Shown: positions 1-13,875, counted from the stretch's first letter. The stretch: DNA of 64,000 bases from Octopus vulgaris (GCA_951406725.2 OX597823.1:20150001-20214000); one strand, 5' to 3'. Translations and numbers: made by a program. Notes: generated by a model not told the origin, from the letters alone.

Positions 1-50
1 ATATGCTTCTCGGACGAAAGGACTACTATAAGAATCTGTCTATCCATCAT

Positions 51-127
<77 letters not shown>

Positions 128-129
128 AT

Positions 130-170
<41 letters not shown>

Positions 171-279
171 TGTGCGTATGTATGTGTGTGAATGTGTTTG
201 TTTGCGTGTGCATGTATGTGCATGTGTGTATATGTATATGAATATGTCTGAACATATATATATATATATTTATATTAAC

Positions 280-965
280 CACTCCGTTAGCAAAGTAGAG
301 CACCAATCTGCAAATTTCAATACCTTTGAGGATGCAATTCGTTGGTATTCCATTGTCGATGAAAAATTATACCAAAATAAACCGAAAGCTTCTTAAAAGG
401 AATAAGATCGATGTTTACTTCTTTGAGAAAATACAACCGACAAACCCTTAAAGAAATGAATTACGGCCTAGAAACGAACTATCGTACCCTGTACAAATAT
501 TCTTATCCAATCATTTGAAAACGATTTTCTCATTATGACCCCCCCCCCCAAAAAAAAAAACACAACAAAGAAACAAAACCAACAAAACACTTGAAACATC
601 GAAACTGTATAAACCATTACAAATATGACTTGCAGGGAAAAATCAACACTCTAAAGAACAGCAACAACAACCTCTTCGTTATATCGGATAAAATTTAGAA
701 TATAAATGATGTAGAGCAAACTGACTTAGCACAATTTATGTGTAATGCCTTATCAAGTACTTATAAAAAACACAAACTACGCTAGAGTGGACGAAATTAA
801 TACCTTTGCCTGAAGCAAAACTTTGTAAAGTAAATACTGAAGTAAGTTCCGATATACTAAACCAGCAAGCGTCATACATCAGTCTAAATGACCACAAGCA
901 AAATTCCTAGCGCTTTCCAACTATAAGATCGACAAATACGTTGAAAACTAACATAGGAATCATAT
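280..965 (+). pseudogene. Decayed Penelope-like element, N-terminal/RT region
   Basis: Hand translation gives NYGLETN, LFVISDK and QASYISLNDHKQNS*RFPTIRSTNTLKTNIG, resembling the PLE pattern LFVxADK...AFITLKDHKxNF...CRLINPAKSEIG. Many stops and frameshifts. Confidence 0.65.
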
Positions 966-1469
966 TTTTATGAATTGACCAGCCTAGATTGGCGCTTGCA
1001 GCCGTATTGTATATATATATATATATATATATATAAGGGCAGGATTTCCCTTTTAAAACTGTACTATAATGTGGATATGTAGAGTTCTATATATTAACTT
1101 CTTCATACTTGTGTGTACGTGTCTATATGTGTATGTGCTTGTGTATACATACATAATACATACATACAAATCTGCACACACACATCACATATATACATGC
1201 ATACATAATACATACATACATACATACATACATACATACATACATACATACATGCATACCTGCATGCATAATTACATACTTGAAGTCAGTGTAAGCAGAA
1301 ATTAATTCAGCTTACAAATACACGTTCACTTTATTAAATTTATACTCGGGCTAAACCCGAACAGCCCGAGTGCCGGATTCGCCTCTGATACACACACATA
1401 CACACACACACGCGCGCGCGCACACACACACACGCGCGCGCGCACACACACACACGCGCGCGCGCACAC

Positions 1470-1504
<35 letters not shown>

Positions 1505-1969
1505 TACACACTCCCCCCACACACACATACACACTCCCCCCCACACACACATACACATATGTATATATATATAAACAAAATATCGAACACACATACACAA
1601 GGTATCAAGGTATGTGTTTTGCCACTTCGTGGGTAGGCTGCTATTTATTGGCGCAAGGGAATATATTCTCATCAATTCGTGGTATTGACAAGTCAAAGAT
1701 GACGAAACACCGATGTCTCACTTTCACTGGTTTCGAACCACTCTCTCCTCTTGATTACCCTTTCTATACAATGTGATTTTATTCTTACAAACGTCCTAAT
1801 CCTACCTACGACCTCCTACACATTTGTATACGATTTATACGCGATGTTAGCTGCAATCGGCATTTTATATAGATTTATATAATTGAGATATTCCATGGGA
1901 TCCCAGTATTGCTGGCTGAACCCATCTCAACAAAGGCCTGGAGAATGAAGGCCCAGTATGTCAACAAAA

Positions 1970-2134
1970 GGCGCAGGAGTGGCTGTGTGGTAAGTAGCTT
2001 GCTAACCAACCACATGGTTCCGGGTTCAGCCCCACTGCGTGGCATCTTGGGCAAGTGTCTTCTGCTATAGCCTCGGGCCGACCAATGCCTTGTGAGTGGA
2101 TTTGGTAGACGGAAACTGAAAGAAGCCTGTCGTA

Positions 2135-2213
<79 letters not shown>

Positions 2214-2365
2214 TTGTCCCCCTAGCATTGCTTGACAACCGATGCTGGTGTGTTTACTAGGCTTACAAAGAATAAGTCCCGGGGTCGATTTGCTCGACTA
2301 AAGGCGGTGCTCCAGCATAGCCGCAGTCAAATGACTGAAACAAGTAAAAGAGTAAAAGAGAGTAA
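1970..2365 (+). mobile_element. tRNA-head SINE family B (internal microsatellite, GAGTAAAA tail)
   Basis: A box GTGGCTGTGTGG, B box GGTTCAGCCCC, CORE-like TTGGGCAAGTG, central (TA)n(TG)n and (GAGTAAAA)n tail; more than 12 copies in the window. Confidence 0.85.
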
Positions 2366-2369
2366 AGGG

Positions 2370-2694
2370 GTAAAGAGCCCCTTCGGTCATGAATGACCAT
2401 GGGATTGCACCTAGAAAGTTACCCTCCTAGACACAAGTCCGGGCAAGGTTGTTTATGGAAGACCAGCAGTCGCCCATGCATACCAGCCTCCCCTCTCCAC
2501 GCCACCAGTGTTATCCAAGGGAAAGACAAAGGTCGATACAGCTTGGCACCAGTGACGTCGCAACTCATTTCTACAGCTGAGTGAACTGGAGCAACGTGAA
2601 ATAAAGTGCCTTGCTCAAGAACACAACACGCAGCCCGGTCCGGGATTCGAGCTCACAACCTCACGATCGTAAGCTCGACGCTCTAACCACTGAG
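2370..2694 (-). mobile_element. tRNA-head SINE with Meta-domain-like body
   Basis: Minus strand reads CTCAGTGGTTAGAGCG...GCTCGAATCCC, then TTGTGTTCTTGAGCAAGGCACTTTATTTCAC; head and body shared with the copy at 21095. Confidence 0.75.
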
Positions 2695-3332
2695 TATAAC
2701 CAGAGTATAAGGATGTATTTCCTGTAAATTTAAGAATAATTCTACAAGACAGAACCGTGAGACATCTCTTGAAGCGGGACATAAAATACTACACTGCATT
2801 TAATTGCCTCCCTTTACGTTCTGTGTTAAAAACCCCGCTAAGTTCATGTGAGTTATGGGTTCCCCCGAGATCGGCTGAAATAAGTAGCCATTAAGTATTT
2901 CAAATCTGGCTGGCTTACACATTTATTGAGTTAAGATTCGCTGTAATTTGGTGATTAATTTCCTGTCAGCTGACTAACCAGTTGACTAATAACAGTAAAA
3001 GAAGTGAAGTAGAACCAGTATGTGTGTGGTGTGTGTGTGTGTGTGTGTGTTCAATACTGGCATAATGACCGTCCCGTGACACAACAAAAGCTGCATTTGG
3101 TTCGCAAGATTCTTGCAAACCAAATCCAAAAACGAAATGTTTTTATACACTTGTAAGAAAAAGAAAAATCAAACACTGCGATCTTTATTTCATTCATAAC
3201 GTGACTGTTGTTGTTGTTTAACCCCAGCCCTGAACATACAGGTTTTCCACCAGGAGCATGTCAGCTGGAACCATTCCCTTTACTTCTTGTTTATCTTCAA
3301 CTACATTATCTATCCAATATATCCTTACTTTT

Positions 3333-3980
3333 AAGGCAGCGAGCTGACGGAATCGTTAGCACGCCGGGCGAAATGCTTTGTGATATTTCGTCTGTCTTTA
3401 CGTTCTGAGTTCAAATTTCGCCGAGGTCGACTTTGCCTTTCATCCTTTCGGGGTCGATTAAATAAATACCAGTTACGCACTGCGGTCGATGTAATCGACT
3501 TAATCCCTTTGTCTGTCCTTACTTGTCCGCTCTATGTTTAGCCCCCTGTGGGCAATAAAGAAATAAATATATCCTTACTTTTAAGGCGGCGAGCTGGGAG
3601 AATCGTTAGCACGCGGGGCAAAATGCGTAGCCGTATTTCGTCTGGCATTACGTTCTGAGTTCAAATTCCGCCGAGGTCGACTTTGTCTTTCATCCTTTCG
3701 GGGTCGATAAATTAAGTACCATTTACACACTGGGGTCGATGTAATCGGCTTAATACCTATGTCTGTCCTTGTTTGTCACCTCTATGTTTAGCCCCTTGTG
3801 GGTAATAAAGAAATAGGTATTTCGTTTGTCTTTACGTTCTGAGTTCAAATTCCGCCGAGGTCGACTTTGCTTTTCATCCTTTCGGGATCGATAAAATAAG
3901 TACCAGTTGCGTACTGGTGTCGATCTAATCGACTGCCCCACTACTACAAAATCTCGGGCCTTGTGCCTAGCGCAGAAAAG
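3333..3980 (+). mobile_element. Three tandem SINE family A units (Nin/Deu-domain-like)
   Basis: Repeated GTCGACTTTGCCTTTCATCCTTTCGGGGTCGAT...AAGTACCAG core; AATATATCCTTAC at 3316, 3566 and 3981. Confidence 0.85.
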
Positions 3981-4633
3981 AATATATCCTTACATTGTTC
4001 TCTGAGACGGCAGGGTATGTTTTGAAGGCATTTGATTCTAATGTCTAACAGGAGAATCAATCACGTAGATCTTCCATTCTTTGGTCACGTACAAGATGGA
4101 AGACTAAAATCAGTAAACGTACATTTTGACAGCTTAACGAAAGAAAAACACTGAATCGACAATAAAGAATCGAAAATCGAAACCGTAACTCTGTGGCGAT
4201 AACTGACTATTAAGAAACTTACCCACATTTCTGTGCGGTCTGCCCTAACGGTTCTACGATTGTGATACACTAAGCGGAAATGCCATTAAGTTTAGTAGAG
4301 ACCTTGGAGTGGGTGAAAACGCCCAAACGCTATGTACTTTTAATGTGAATATAAGTAGGTGGGTTGTACAGGAATTTATATTTGTTTTACACTTCAACTG
4401 GGTAACATTTATTTTCATTTCATCTTTTATTATCTTTATTTCACTCGTTTCTTCTTCACTGTTTATTTCTTTTAGAAAGTTTAATATTTATTTTATACAA
4501 ATATACACATATATTTCAGGAATTATATACGCATATACCAACGTTTTATATGTATGTGTGTGTATTTGTGTATGTAAGTGTGTATGTATGTACATATTTG
4601 TACCTATGTATTCATACATACATACATACATAC

Positions 4634-4708
<75 letters not shown>

Positions 4709-4959
4709 TATATATATCTGTGTGTGTGAGTGTATGGATGGATGTATAAATGTGCGTAGATAATTTTTGAAATGCTTCAAATACGGAACATTAAATCTCT
4801 CCGACCTGAAAGAGACAGAAATGTAACAAAGAAACAAAAAATGGAAGTTATTATGAAGCAATTAAAATGCAATAAAATGTCAAGAAATTAAAAAAATACT
4901 GGGGAAAAAAATTCTAGCGTCTAAAACAAGCAAAAAATTAATTCATATGAAAATAATAA

Positions 4960-5295
4960 TCTTTTCTACTCTAAGTACAAGGCCCGAATTTTTGTGGGGA
5001 GGGGGCCAGTCGATTAGATCGACCCCAGTACGCAACTGATACTTAATTTATCGACCCCATAAGGATGAAAGGCAAAGTTGACCTCGTCTGAATTTGAACT
5101 CAGAATGTAAAGACAGACGAAATGTCCTTAAGAATTTCACGTGCTAACTTTTCAGCCAGCCCGCCGCCTTTAATATTCTTTACTTCTCTAGGCACAAGGC
5201 CCGAAATATTTTTGGGAGGGGATCAGTCGATTAGATTGACTGGCTCTACCACCCCACCATAAATTTCGGGCCTTGTGCCTAGAGTAGAAAAGAAT
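4960..5295 (-). mobile_element. SINE family A copy plus an inverted pair of tail fragments
   Basis: Reverse complement of the family A core; CTAGGCACAAGGCCCGAAA at about 5188 and TTTCGGGCCTTGTGCCTAG at about 5264. Confidence 0.75.
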
Positions 5296-5478
5296 AAATG
5301 AAAATAATAATAAACATCTTTTGTACTTGTTTGACTTCGTAATTCTCAGACTCCATCCTCTTTAGCGCTGTAAAAGAAAAAAAAAATCTGTTTTGACTTT
5401 AGACAAAGTCTGGATACGGATATCTAACAGAATAATTTCCTTTGAAAGATTACACACACAAACGCATGTATGTATATG

Positions 5479-5533
<55 letters not shown>

Positions 5534-5568
5534 ATGTAAATGAATTTAAACACACATATATGTTTATG

Positions 5569-5604
<36 letters not shown>

Positions 5605-5609
<5 letters not shown>

Positions 5610-6560
5610 GTAACAGAAAGGAGGAATTTCGATTATCCCCACGTGGTGAGTTGTAATATATATAAGAAATTAAAAAAGAAAAATACACGCACTTTACATA
5701 GTTTTAATATAATTTTTAATATATCGACCGGTTTCGCTATCCCTATTCATGATATTATGTTTAACTTATTTGAATGTGTATTTTCTTAAGAAATTTTGTT
5801 CATGTTGTGTGTGATGATATTTAAGAGTGAATGACTTCACAAGTAGAACAATTAGAGGAGTTAATTGGTCGTCGTTATTATTGTTATTGTTGTGAGCAAG
5901 GGAGATAACTGTACAACTTTCGGTAAGGAGAGGGGAATATATATATGTACAGAAAAAAAAAGGTTTCGAAAAACTTGTTTAGTGAGGGAATTTATTTACA
6001 GTTTAATAAGTACCAGTTACGTGAATTGAAATATGTAAAAAATAAAAGTTGGTTATGCGTGCATATTAAGACGTGTTCTGTATTTCTCAATGAAAGAAGT
6101 TTCTTTATTTAAACGGGGAAGGCTGTGAAATTTGGTTTGATATTATCTGCACATTTTTCTATATGTTCATTGAGAGGAATTTGCCTGTATTTTGGGAAAC
6201 GGATTTGCTCTTTATGTAAAGTGGTTCTCTTTCTCAAGGTCATACTCGTCTGCCCAATATAGTTGTGTTCGCAACCCGAGCAGGTTATTACATAAATTAT
6301 GTTCTCAGAGGCACAAGTGAAAATAGTTTTAATTGTGAACCTCTGTCCTTGTTTGAAGAAGAAATCCGAGCCTTCGAGTAAGTTGGGGCAGGTTCCATAT
6401 TTTGGGCGTCCACATTTTTGAACCGTTGGTTTCGTGGTTGTTTTGTAAAGCTTCGCATTTGTTAGTAGTCTCTTTAGCAATTTGTGTTGCTTTTTGCATT
6501 TGATGAGTTTGTGTGTTTTCAGGATGTCGTTCATTTTTGGATCTCTTGTTAGTAAAAACT
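5605..6560 (-). mobile_element. Penelope-like element 3' part: Cys-rich linker, GIY-YIG endonuclease and terminal region
   Basis: ORF 6109..6534 contains CGRPKYGTCP and NIIYVITCSGCEHNYIGQT (GIY-YIG); half hammerhead GAAAC-CG-GTC at 5726-5735 (minus); ends in (TA)n. Confidence 0.85.
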
Positions 6561-7199
6561 GACCGAAGAGAAATCAATGGGGGAAAATTGCGTTTTATAT
6601 CCTCTAAGTTAGAAAAACTGGCAATACACACATTCACGTGAGGATTGTTAAATGTGATGAATAACAAGAAACATTTATCGAAGAAGGACTCAGTACAGGT
6701 TAAAGAGTAAACCAAACCTATTACAAGAAAAAAAAAGTCAACTTACCTCTGATGTTCAAAAGCTTGTTGCCGTGATGTAATATAATGATATCTAACACAG
6801 TCACACAATTAAAAATTTTGGTTCAAGAAACAATTTATTAATCAGCTTCAATACTTTATTGGTAAGCAGTTTATCGATAACTAAATGATGAAACGCCAAC
6901 CAACTTCCTGCCAGTTATAAATTGGGAACATGCAATACCGTATCCCATTCATGAAATTTTGTCTAGCGTTCTTGTGTTTTTTTCGCAGTCCACTATTTTG
7001 ATAAGTAAAATGGTTTCAGATTTCAGTACCAGGCCAGTAATTAATTATTAGGGTGGGTGTTAGTCGATATCATCATGTCTACTATTGGATTGATACTTCA
7101 CTTTATTGATCCCCAGAAGGATGACAAAGATGGCCCCAGTAGGATTTCAGCGGATGCTTTTTTATCTAACGATTTAACAATTCTGCCACGCATTAATCT

Positions 7200-8290
7200 T
7201 TTGGGTGGGTGGTGGGGCAGTCGATTAGATCGACCCCAATACACAACTGGTACTTAATCTATCGACCTTGAAAGGATGAAAGGTAAAGTCGACCTCAACG
7301 GAATTTGAGCTCAGAACTTAAAGACAGACGAAATACCTATTTCTTTACTACCCACAAGGGGATAATGACAGAAGGGACAAACAAGGACAGACAAACGGAT
7401 TAAGTCGATTATATCGACCCCCAGTGCGTAACTGGTACTTATTTAATCAACTCCGAAAGGATGAAAGGCAAAGTCGACCTCGGCGGAATTTGAACTCAGA
7501 ACGTAGCGGCAGACGAAATACCGCTAAGCATTTCGCCCGGAGTGCTAACTTTTCTGCTGAAGACTAGCAATTTTAGGGGAGAGTGTAAATCGAGTACATT
7601 GACCCCAGTATTCGACTGGCACTGAAAGGGATGAAAAGCAAAGTCGACTTGGCAGATAGAACCGATATCATAAGGCATTTTGTCCGGATCTGTAACGACT
7701 CCACCAATTCACCGACTCTCCTCTTCGTGGGAATCAATTGTGGTTTATTTATCCGATTGTATGCTTCCAAAGATATTAAGGCAGCAGGCTGGCAGAATCG
7801 TTACCGCGCCGGGAAAAGTGCTTAACAGCATCTCTTCAGGCATTACACTCCGAGTTCAAATGCCACTGGAGTCGAGTTTGCCTTTCATCCTTTCGGGGTT
7901 CAATTAAATATGTACCAGCTGAACATTGGAGTCGATGTGACTGACTAATCACCTCTCCTGAAATTACTGGTCTTGTGCCAATATTTAAAACCAATATTTC
8001 CAAGGAAATTAATGACTATGCTGAAGGAAGAAATCTGTAAATTCAGTACTTTCAATATTCAAAGTCATACTGGCAGCGAGTTGACAAAATCGTTAGCACA
8101 CTGGACGATATGCTTAGCGGCATTTCGTCCGTCTTAATATTCTGAGTTCAAATTCCGTCGAGGTCGACTCCGTATTTCATCCCTTTCAGGGTCGATAAAA
8201 TAAGTACCAGTTGAGCACCGGGTCCGATGTAATCGATTAAATTCCTTCCCGAAAGTTGTTGGGCTTGCGTTAAAATTTGAAACCAATATT
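7200..8290. mobile_element. Cluster of SINE family A copies on both strands
   Basis: Family A core at about 7255, 7445 and 7620 (minus) and about 7860 and 8150 (plus). Confidence 0.8.
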
Positions 8291-8529
8291 GAAAGTCATG
8301 TCTCTATCTATGTTCAGACACGTTGGCTATAGCTGCTATATTTTAATTACACTAATTAAAGTAACCACACTAATCTATACTATATAAATCCTGTTCTGTG
8401 TGTGTACGTGTGTTTATGTGTGTAAAACTGCCGTATTTTTCAACTGATTTTCTCCAAACTGGGAACATACATTACTTAAGTTCCACAGATGGTTTTAGAC
8501 TCTTAAAACTTTTCACATAATGAGTAACC

Positions 8530-8761
8530 TATTTCTTTACTACCCACAAGGAGCTAAACACAGAGGGAACAAACAAGGACAGACAAATAGATTAAGTCGA
8601 TCACATCGACCCCAGTGTGCAACTGGTACTTATTTAATCGACCCCGATAGGATGAAAGGCAAAGTCGACCTCGGCAGAATTTGAACTGAGAACGTAACGG
8701 CAGACGAAATACGGCTACGCATTTCGCCCGGCGTGCTAACGTTTCTGCCAGCTCGCCGCCC
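8530..8761 (-). mobile_element. SINE family A inserted in the Helitron
   Basis: Full unit flanked by the 12-bp direct repeat TAATGAGTAACC (8518-8529 and 8762-8773). Confidence 0.9.
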
Positions 8762-8899
8762 TAATGAGTAACCACATAATGAGTAACCGGCCCCCTGGGA
8801 GCAGAAAACACCCGTTCCTGGGTTACGTGATGAAGGGAGGTAACTCTTTGCGAAGTAACTTTTCAGAAATTGATTGTCCTTCTTACATCCGTTGGTCAA

Positions 8900-9495
8900 A
8901 AAATTATCACAATCTCAATTTGCATAAAAAAAACAGCAGCGTAAGTAAAATTAATGAACAGCTGCTACTGCACCTTCCTGGAAGTCCTCACGTCTATAAG
9001 TCAGTTGATACAATCCGAGATCCAAAAGCGATGGTAAATCATCTAACAGAATTTCTCAGTTCATTGGTGTCACCAGGATCACCTCCCCACAGATTGGAAC
9101 TGAAAGTGGGAACTCCAGTAATGTTATTGAGGAATTTGGATCCATAAACACTCTGCAATGGAACATGCCTGGTGGTAAAGAAGACGATGCCACATGTTAT
9201 TGTGGCCACCATTCTCTCAGAATGCGGAAATGGAGAGGATATATTCACACCCAGAATTCCTCTTATTCCATTGGGAGCAGAAATTCCTTTTTCATTGAGA
9301 AGAGTGTATTTTCCTATTCGTATCAATTTCGCAATGTCTATCAATAAATCCCAGGGTCAAACCCTATCTGTGGTAGGACTTCACTTCTCACACGGACAAT
9401 TATAGTAATTATATGTTGGCTAAAGTGGGAAGCAAAAAAATTTTATATGCATTTATCTGGAAAACAAAGAATATTGTTTACCAAGAGGCTTTGTA
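8900..9495 (+). pseudogene. Helitron PIF1-family helicase C-terminal remnant
   Basis: [27 protein letters not shown] and FPIRINFAMSINKSQGQTL...FSHGQL motifs, with stops. Confidence 0.9.
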
Positions 9496-10349
9496 GGAAT
9501 TACATCCTATGATGTGGTCCAGTATTCACTGCTCTTTGTGAATGGTGAATATGGATACTACTTCGGCATAATACCATCAAACCCAAAGACTGCATCAATA
9601 AAGCAGTTTCCTACATTGACTTAAATATCAAAGCATATTCTCCAATTACTCCCACCAGCCATGTGGTAAGCCATTACGCCTTATTTTTTTCAAGTAATTC
9701 ATTACTACATATTCTCATGTTACTGCGTAGACTCAGTTTATGTTTCTTATTCTAAAACCACACCAGCAATCCAATGTCAACCCTTCGCCTTCAGCAACAT
9801 TTCAACAGTTTTCTTCCCCGTTGTCGTCTCCCATTGCAGCCCCTTTCCGGAGTGTGCCCATTTACGTACAGTATCTCCATTATACCTACATTCATTCGCC
9901 TGTTAACCATACAACGGGTCGTGATTGACGTAGCGCCGACCGCCGCAAAGGAGAGTATATCCACTGACAGCTTTTCAGTGCGTTAAAAAATCACACACCA
10001 CCCTCAATTTTCCATGAAAAGTTAGAGCCTAGAATCCTTCAAACGGACGCATGACATATCACTTAGTCGAATTAGCCCATCATTTACTCCATATATGTTT
10101 TGTCTTCAATGCTGCACTTTCCATATCACATATTTCAGCATAACTGTAATATATATACAAACTATGTCATTTTAATCCCGAGATAAGAGCCGGGTATCTC
10201 TGCTAGTATATACATACATACACACAAACACACACATATATATATATATATATACAAATAAATAAATGTATATATATACAAATATATATATATATATGAA
10301 CAATATAGAAATATATGCATATATATATATATATACGTATGTACATACC

Positions 10350-10420
<71 letters not shown>

Positions 10421-10496
10421 CTGAGCGCCTAATAATAATACTTTAATTGTTCCACCTCCTTGTGTTGTTGTTTTTTCTGTTTTCTCGTTTGGATTA

Positions 10497-10585
<89 letters not shown>

Positions 10586-10994
10586 GCATATATGGGTACA
10601 GGACATAAAAAAACGTTAAACACCATGAGAAACGTGACATGCAACGTAAAGAATATTCTCCTTCATTAGTTGTCCCTGTTTTATTTACTCCTCGTTTCGA
10701 AGGCGCTAGCCTACTACATTTTCTGATAGTCAAAAAACACTTTGTTTTGTTTTATTTTTGCTGTAATTGTATAATTATTTTCCTTTCATTGTCAATTTCA
10801 TCGACTCCAGTACTTAACTGGTACTTATTTTATCGTTCCCCAAAGGATGGAAGGCAAAGTCTATCTCGATGACAATTGAACTAAGAACAATAAGACGGAC
10901 GAAATTCCACTAACCATTTTTTCCGGCTAAGCATTTTCCCCGCTTAATAAAACAAAAGTATCCAGCAGCCCGCAACAGATACTCGACTCCTGTA

Positions 10995-11412
10995 CGGCGG
11001 CGAGCTGGCAGTATCGTTAGCACGCCGGGCGAAATGCTTAGCGGTATTTCGTCTGCCGCTACGTTCTGAGTTCAAATTCCGCCGGGGTCAACTTTGCCTT
11101 TCATTCTTTCGGGGTCGAATAAATAAGTACCAGTTACGCACTGGAGTCAGTATAATCGACTTAATCCGTTTGTCTGTCCTTGTTTGTCCCTTCTGTGTTT
11201 AGCCTCTTGTGAGCAGTAAAGAAATAGGTATTTCGTCTGCCGTTACGTCCTGAGTTCAAATTCCGCCGAGGTCGACTTTACCTTTCATCCTTTCAGGGTC
11301 GATAAATTAAGTACCAGTTACGTACTGGATTTGATGTAATCGACTTAATCCTTTTGTCTGTCCTTGTTTGTCCCCTTTGTGTTTAGCCCATTGTAGGTAA
11401 TAAAGAAATAAA
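10995..11412 (+). mobile_element. Dimeric SINE family A insertion
   Basis: Two units inside one 16-bp target duplication ATACTCGACTCCTGTA (10979-10994 and 11413-11428). Confidence 0.9.
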
Positions 11413-11961
11413 ATACTCGACTCCTGTAACTCTCAAATCCGGCAGAAAGCTCTGTACATTACGCTAAGAGATCTCTGACAATTCATATTAATATTGATAT
11501 ATAATATTTAAATAAAGAAATAGGATTTGCTTAAAGAAGAAGATATCGGACATATAATCTTTCGAAATGTTTCTTTTATGACGTAACAACAGCGAAGTCT
11601 AAATAAAATCCGACCATTGTTTAATTGAGACACCAAAACTGGAATTATGTTGATTGTGTTTAGTTTAATTCTAAGATAATATTAAAATATTTCACTGACT
11701 GCTGTAGTTGACAGACAGTGAAGTTGTTTTTCAGTCACCAAACATATTCATGCATTCTAAAATAACGAAACATCGAAATCTTTAAAACGAAATTGTGTGA
11801 TATTCAGGCAAAGTTTCTCTCTTAGCGTAGCCATACATAATTGCATAGAAAAATTCAAACATTTACATAAATATACGTGTAAATATATTGTTATATATAT
11901 ATTTATGCTTATGTGCATGTATAAATAGAGGCATACACACAGACACAGACACACACACTTA

Positions 11962-12023
<62 letters not shown>

Positions 12024-12093
12024 TAAGAGACAGAATCACCCTCAAACAACTTAATCATTATTGAACGACATTATCCACAATAGTCCTATATTT

Positions 12094-12159
<66 letters not shown>

Positions 12160-12384
12160 CATATATACATATATATACATGTATATATATATGTTTGTCA
12201 ATGTTTGTCTCTCAATCTCTGTCTGCCTGCCTCTATCTGTCTATCTATCTATCTGTCTATAAAAAAGATGGGTGAATGTAGCAAGAATGGCACGTATGAA
12301 TGACGAAGCCACCTTGAGCATAATCCTATGAACCCAGAAATTGAAAACAGAGAGTTGCTTATTTGCAAAAAAAAAAAAAGAAAT

Positions 12385-12700
12385 ATAACATGTGACTCCA
12401 TTGACCGAGGTTACCGTGGTCTTTTCCGTAGGCTTTTCTTTCCACGGGTAAACCTCACCTGTCCTCCCCTTTACACTTCATATTGACATTTCTGTGATAA
12501 CGATCCCTATTGATCAATTTTTTTTTCCCTCTCCCCCTTTTTTTAACCCCCCTTTTTTTGTCCTCTTTCTCTCCTTTTACGATCCCTTTTGATCGAAACT
12601 CCCCCTTCCTTTTTTTTTTTTTTCTTAACCTTCAAAAGAAAAGCTCTACCTTGTAATTTGTTCTATCTGTGTGCAGCCCTGTGTGGCTAATAAAGAAACA

Positions 12701-12759
<59 letters not shown>

Positions 12760-12760
12760 T
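12385..12760 (+). mobile_element. LINE-like 3' UTR ending in (TATC)n
   Basis: Hairpin GAGGTTACCGTGG...CCACGGGTAAACCTC, pyrimidine tracts, then AGCCCTGTGTGGCTAATAAAGAAA and a microsatellite tail. Confidence 0.5.
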
Positions 12761-12962
12761 TACTAGGAAAACAAATGAATCGTTTTAACTTTTGCGAATC
12801 TTTGTTAACTTGTAAACAATTAGAATTGCAAATTACAAGTTAACAGTGACTGGTCTTCATCACTCCTCATAAACTGATAATGGATTACTTCACTGTCAAC
12901 ACCGGTGGTGTGCTGTGGATCCTATACAGCCAATACATACATATGTATTGGTTACTCACAGC

Positions 12963-13044
12963 CTGAGGATTGTTTGGAGGTACATGGCGTGTTATAAAAA
13001 CCTGCCCAGACCCACGACTCCAGAGCAAGAAACTATTAATAGTT
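12963..13044 (+). ncRNA. Hammerhead-like motif with decayed stem I
   Basis: CTGAGGA, stem II TTGTTTGGAG/CTCCAGAGCAA, GAAA, palindromic stem III ACTATTAATAGT; stem I does not pair. Confidence 0.5.
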
Positions 13045-13184
13045 CATATCTTTATACTGCACACATTAAATGATATTTATCTCTCACTGGATGAAATACT
13101 CTTTTGTTGATCTTACGTTAACGGAACAGTATACCGTGTGTGTGTGTATATGTATGTATATGCCTACACACACACATATATATA

Positions 13185-13410
13185 TTTCTCTATTGCCCAC
13201 AAGGGGCTAAACATAGAGGGGACAAACAAGGACAGACATAGGTATTAAGTCGATTATATCGACTCCAGTGCGTAACTGGTACTTAATTTATCGACCCCGA
13301 AAGGATGAAAGGCAAAGTCGACCTCGGCGGAATTTGAACTCGGAACGTATCGACAGACGAAATACGGATATGCATTTCGCCCGGCATGCTAAAGTTTCTG
13401 CCAGCTCGCA
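13185..13410 (-). mobile_element. SINE family A
   Basis: Full reverse-complement unit. Confidence 0.85.
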
Positions 13411-13875
13411 TATATATATATATATGCATGCATATATATAATGCATTACAGTTCGTTATTGAAAATAAACTGTAGCTATTGTACTTCATGCCTCTTTCAT
13501 CTGACAACATGAACAACTATTTCAGAATATCGAAAATAGATTGATAACAGGGTGGAGATAATATTAGCTGCACAACTCGTAATTAAGTGTAGTTTCGCTT
13601 GGGAGATTTTAGAACTGAAAAATATCAATAATATTGCCGAAGAAAGAGAAGGAAGAAAAAAGGATAAGAAAGAGAATATTAGTATAGGAATGTAATTGAA
13701 GTTAGAATGAAATTTAAAACAAAATTATTATAAAGATCAATTGGGTTTCCAGAGGACGCAAAATGAGTTCGGCAATGTTATCTAATAAAACAAACACACA
13801 GTCACACAGTGTGTACACACGTTCACAAACACGCATACACACACACAGATACACACATAAACGTATTATGGATTT

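Larger units (their letters stand above)
8374..10206 (+). mobile_element. Internally deleted Helitron
   Basis: 5' A|TCTATACTATATAAA; 3' hairpin CCCGAG...CCGGG followed by CTAG|T; contains a PIF1 helicase remnant. Confidence 0.9.
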
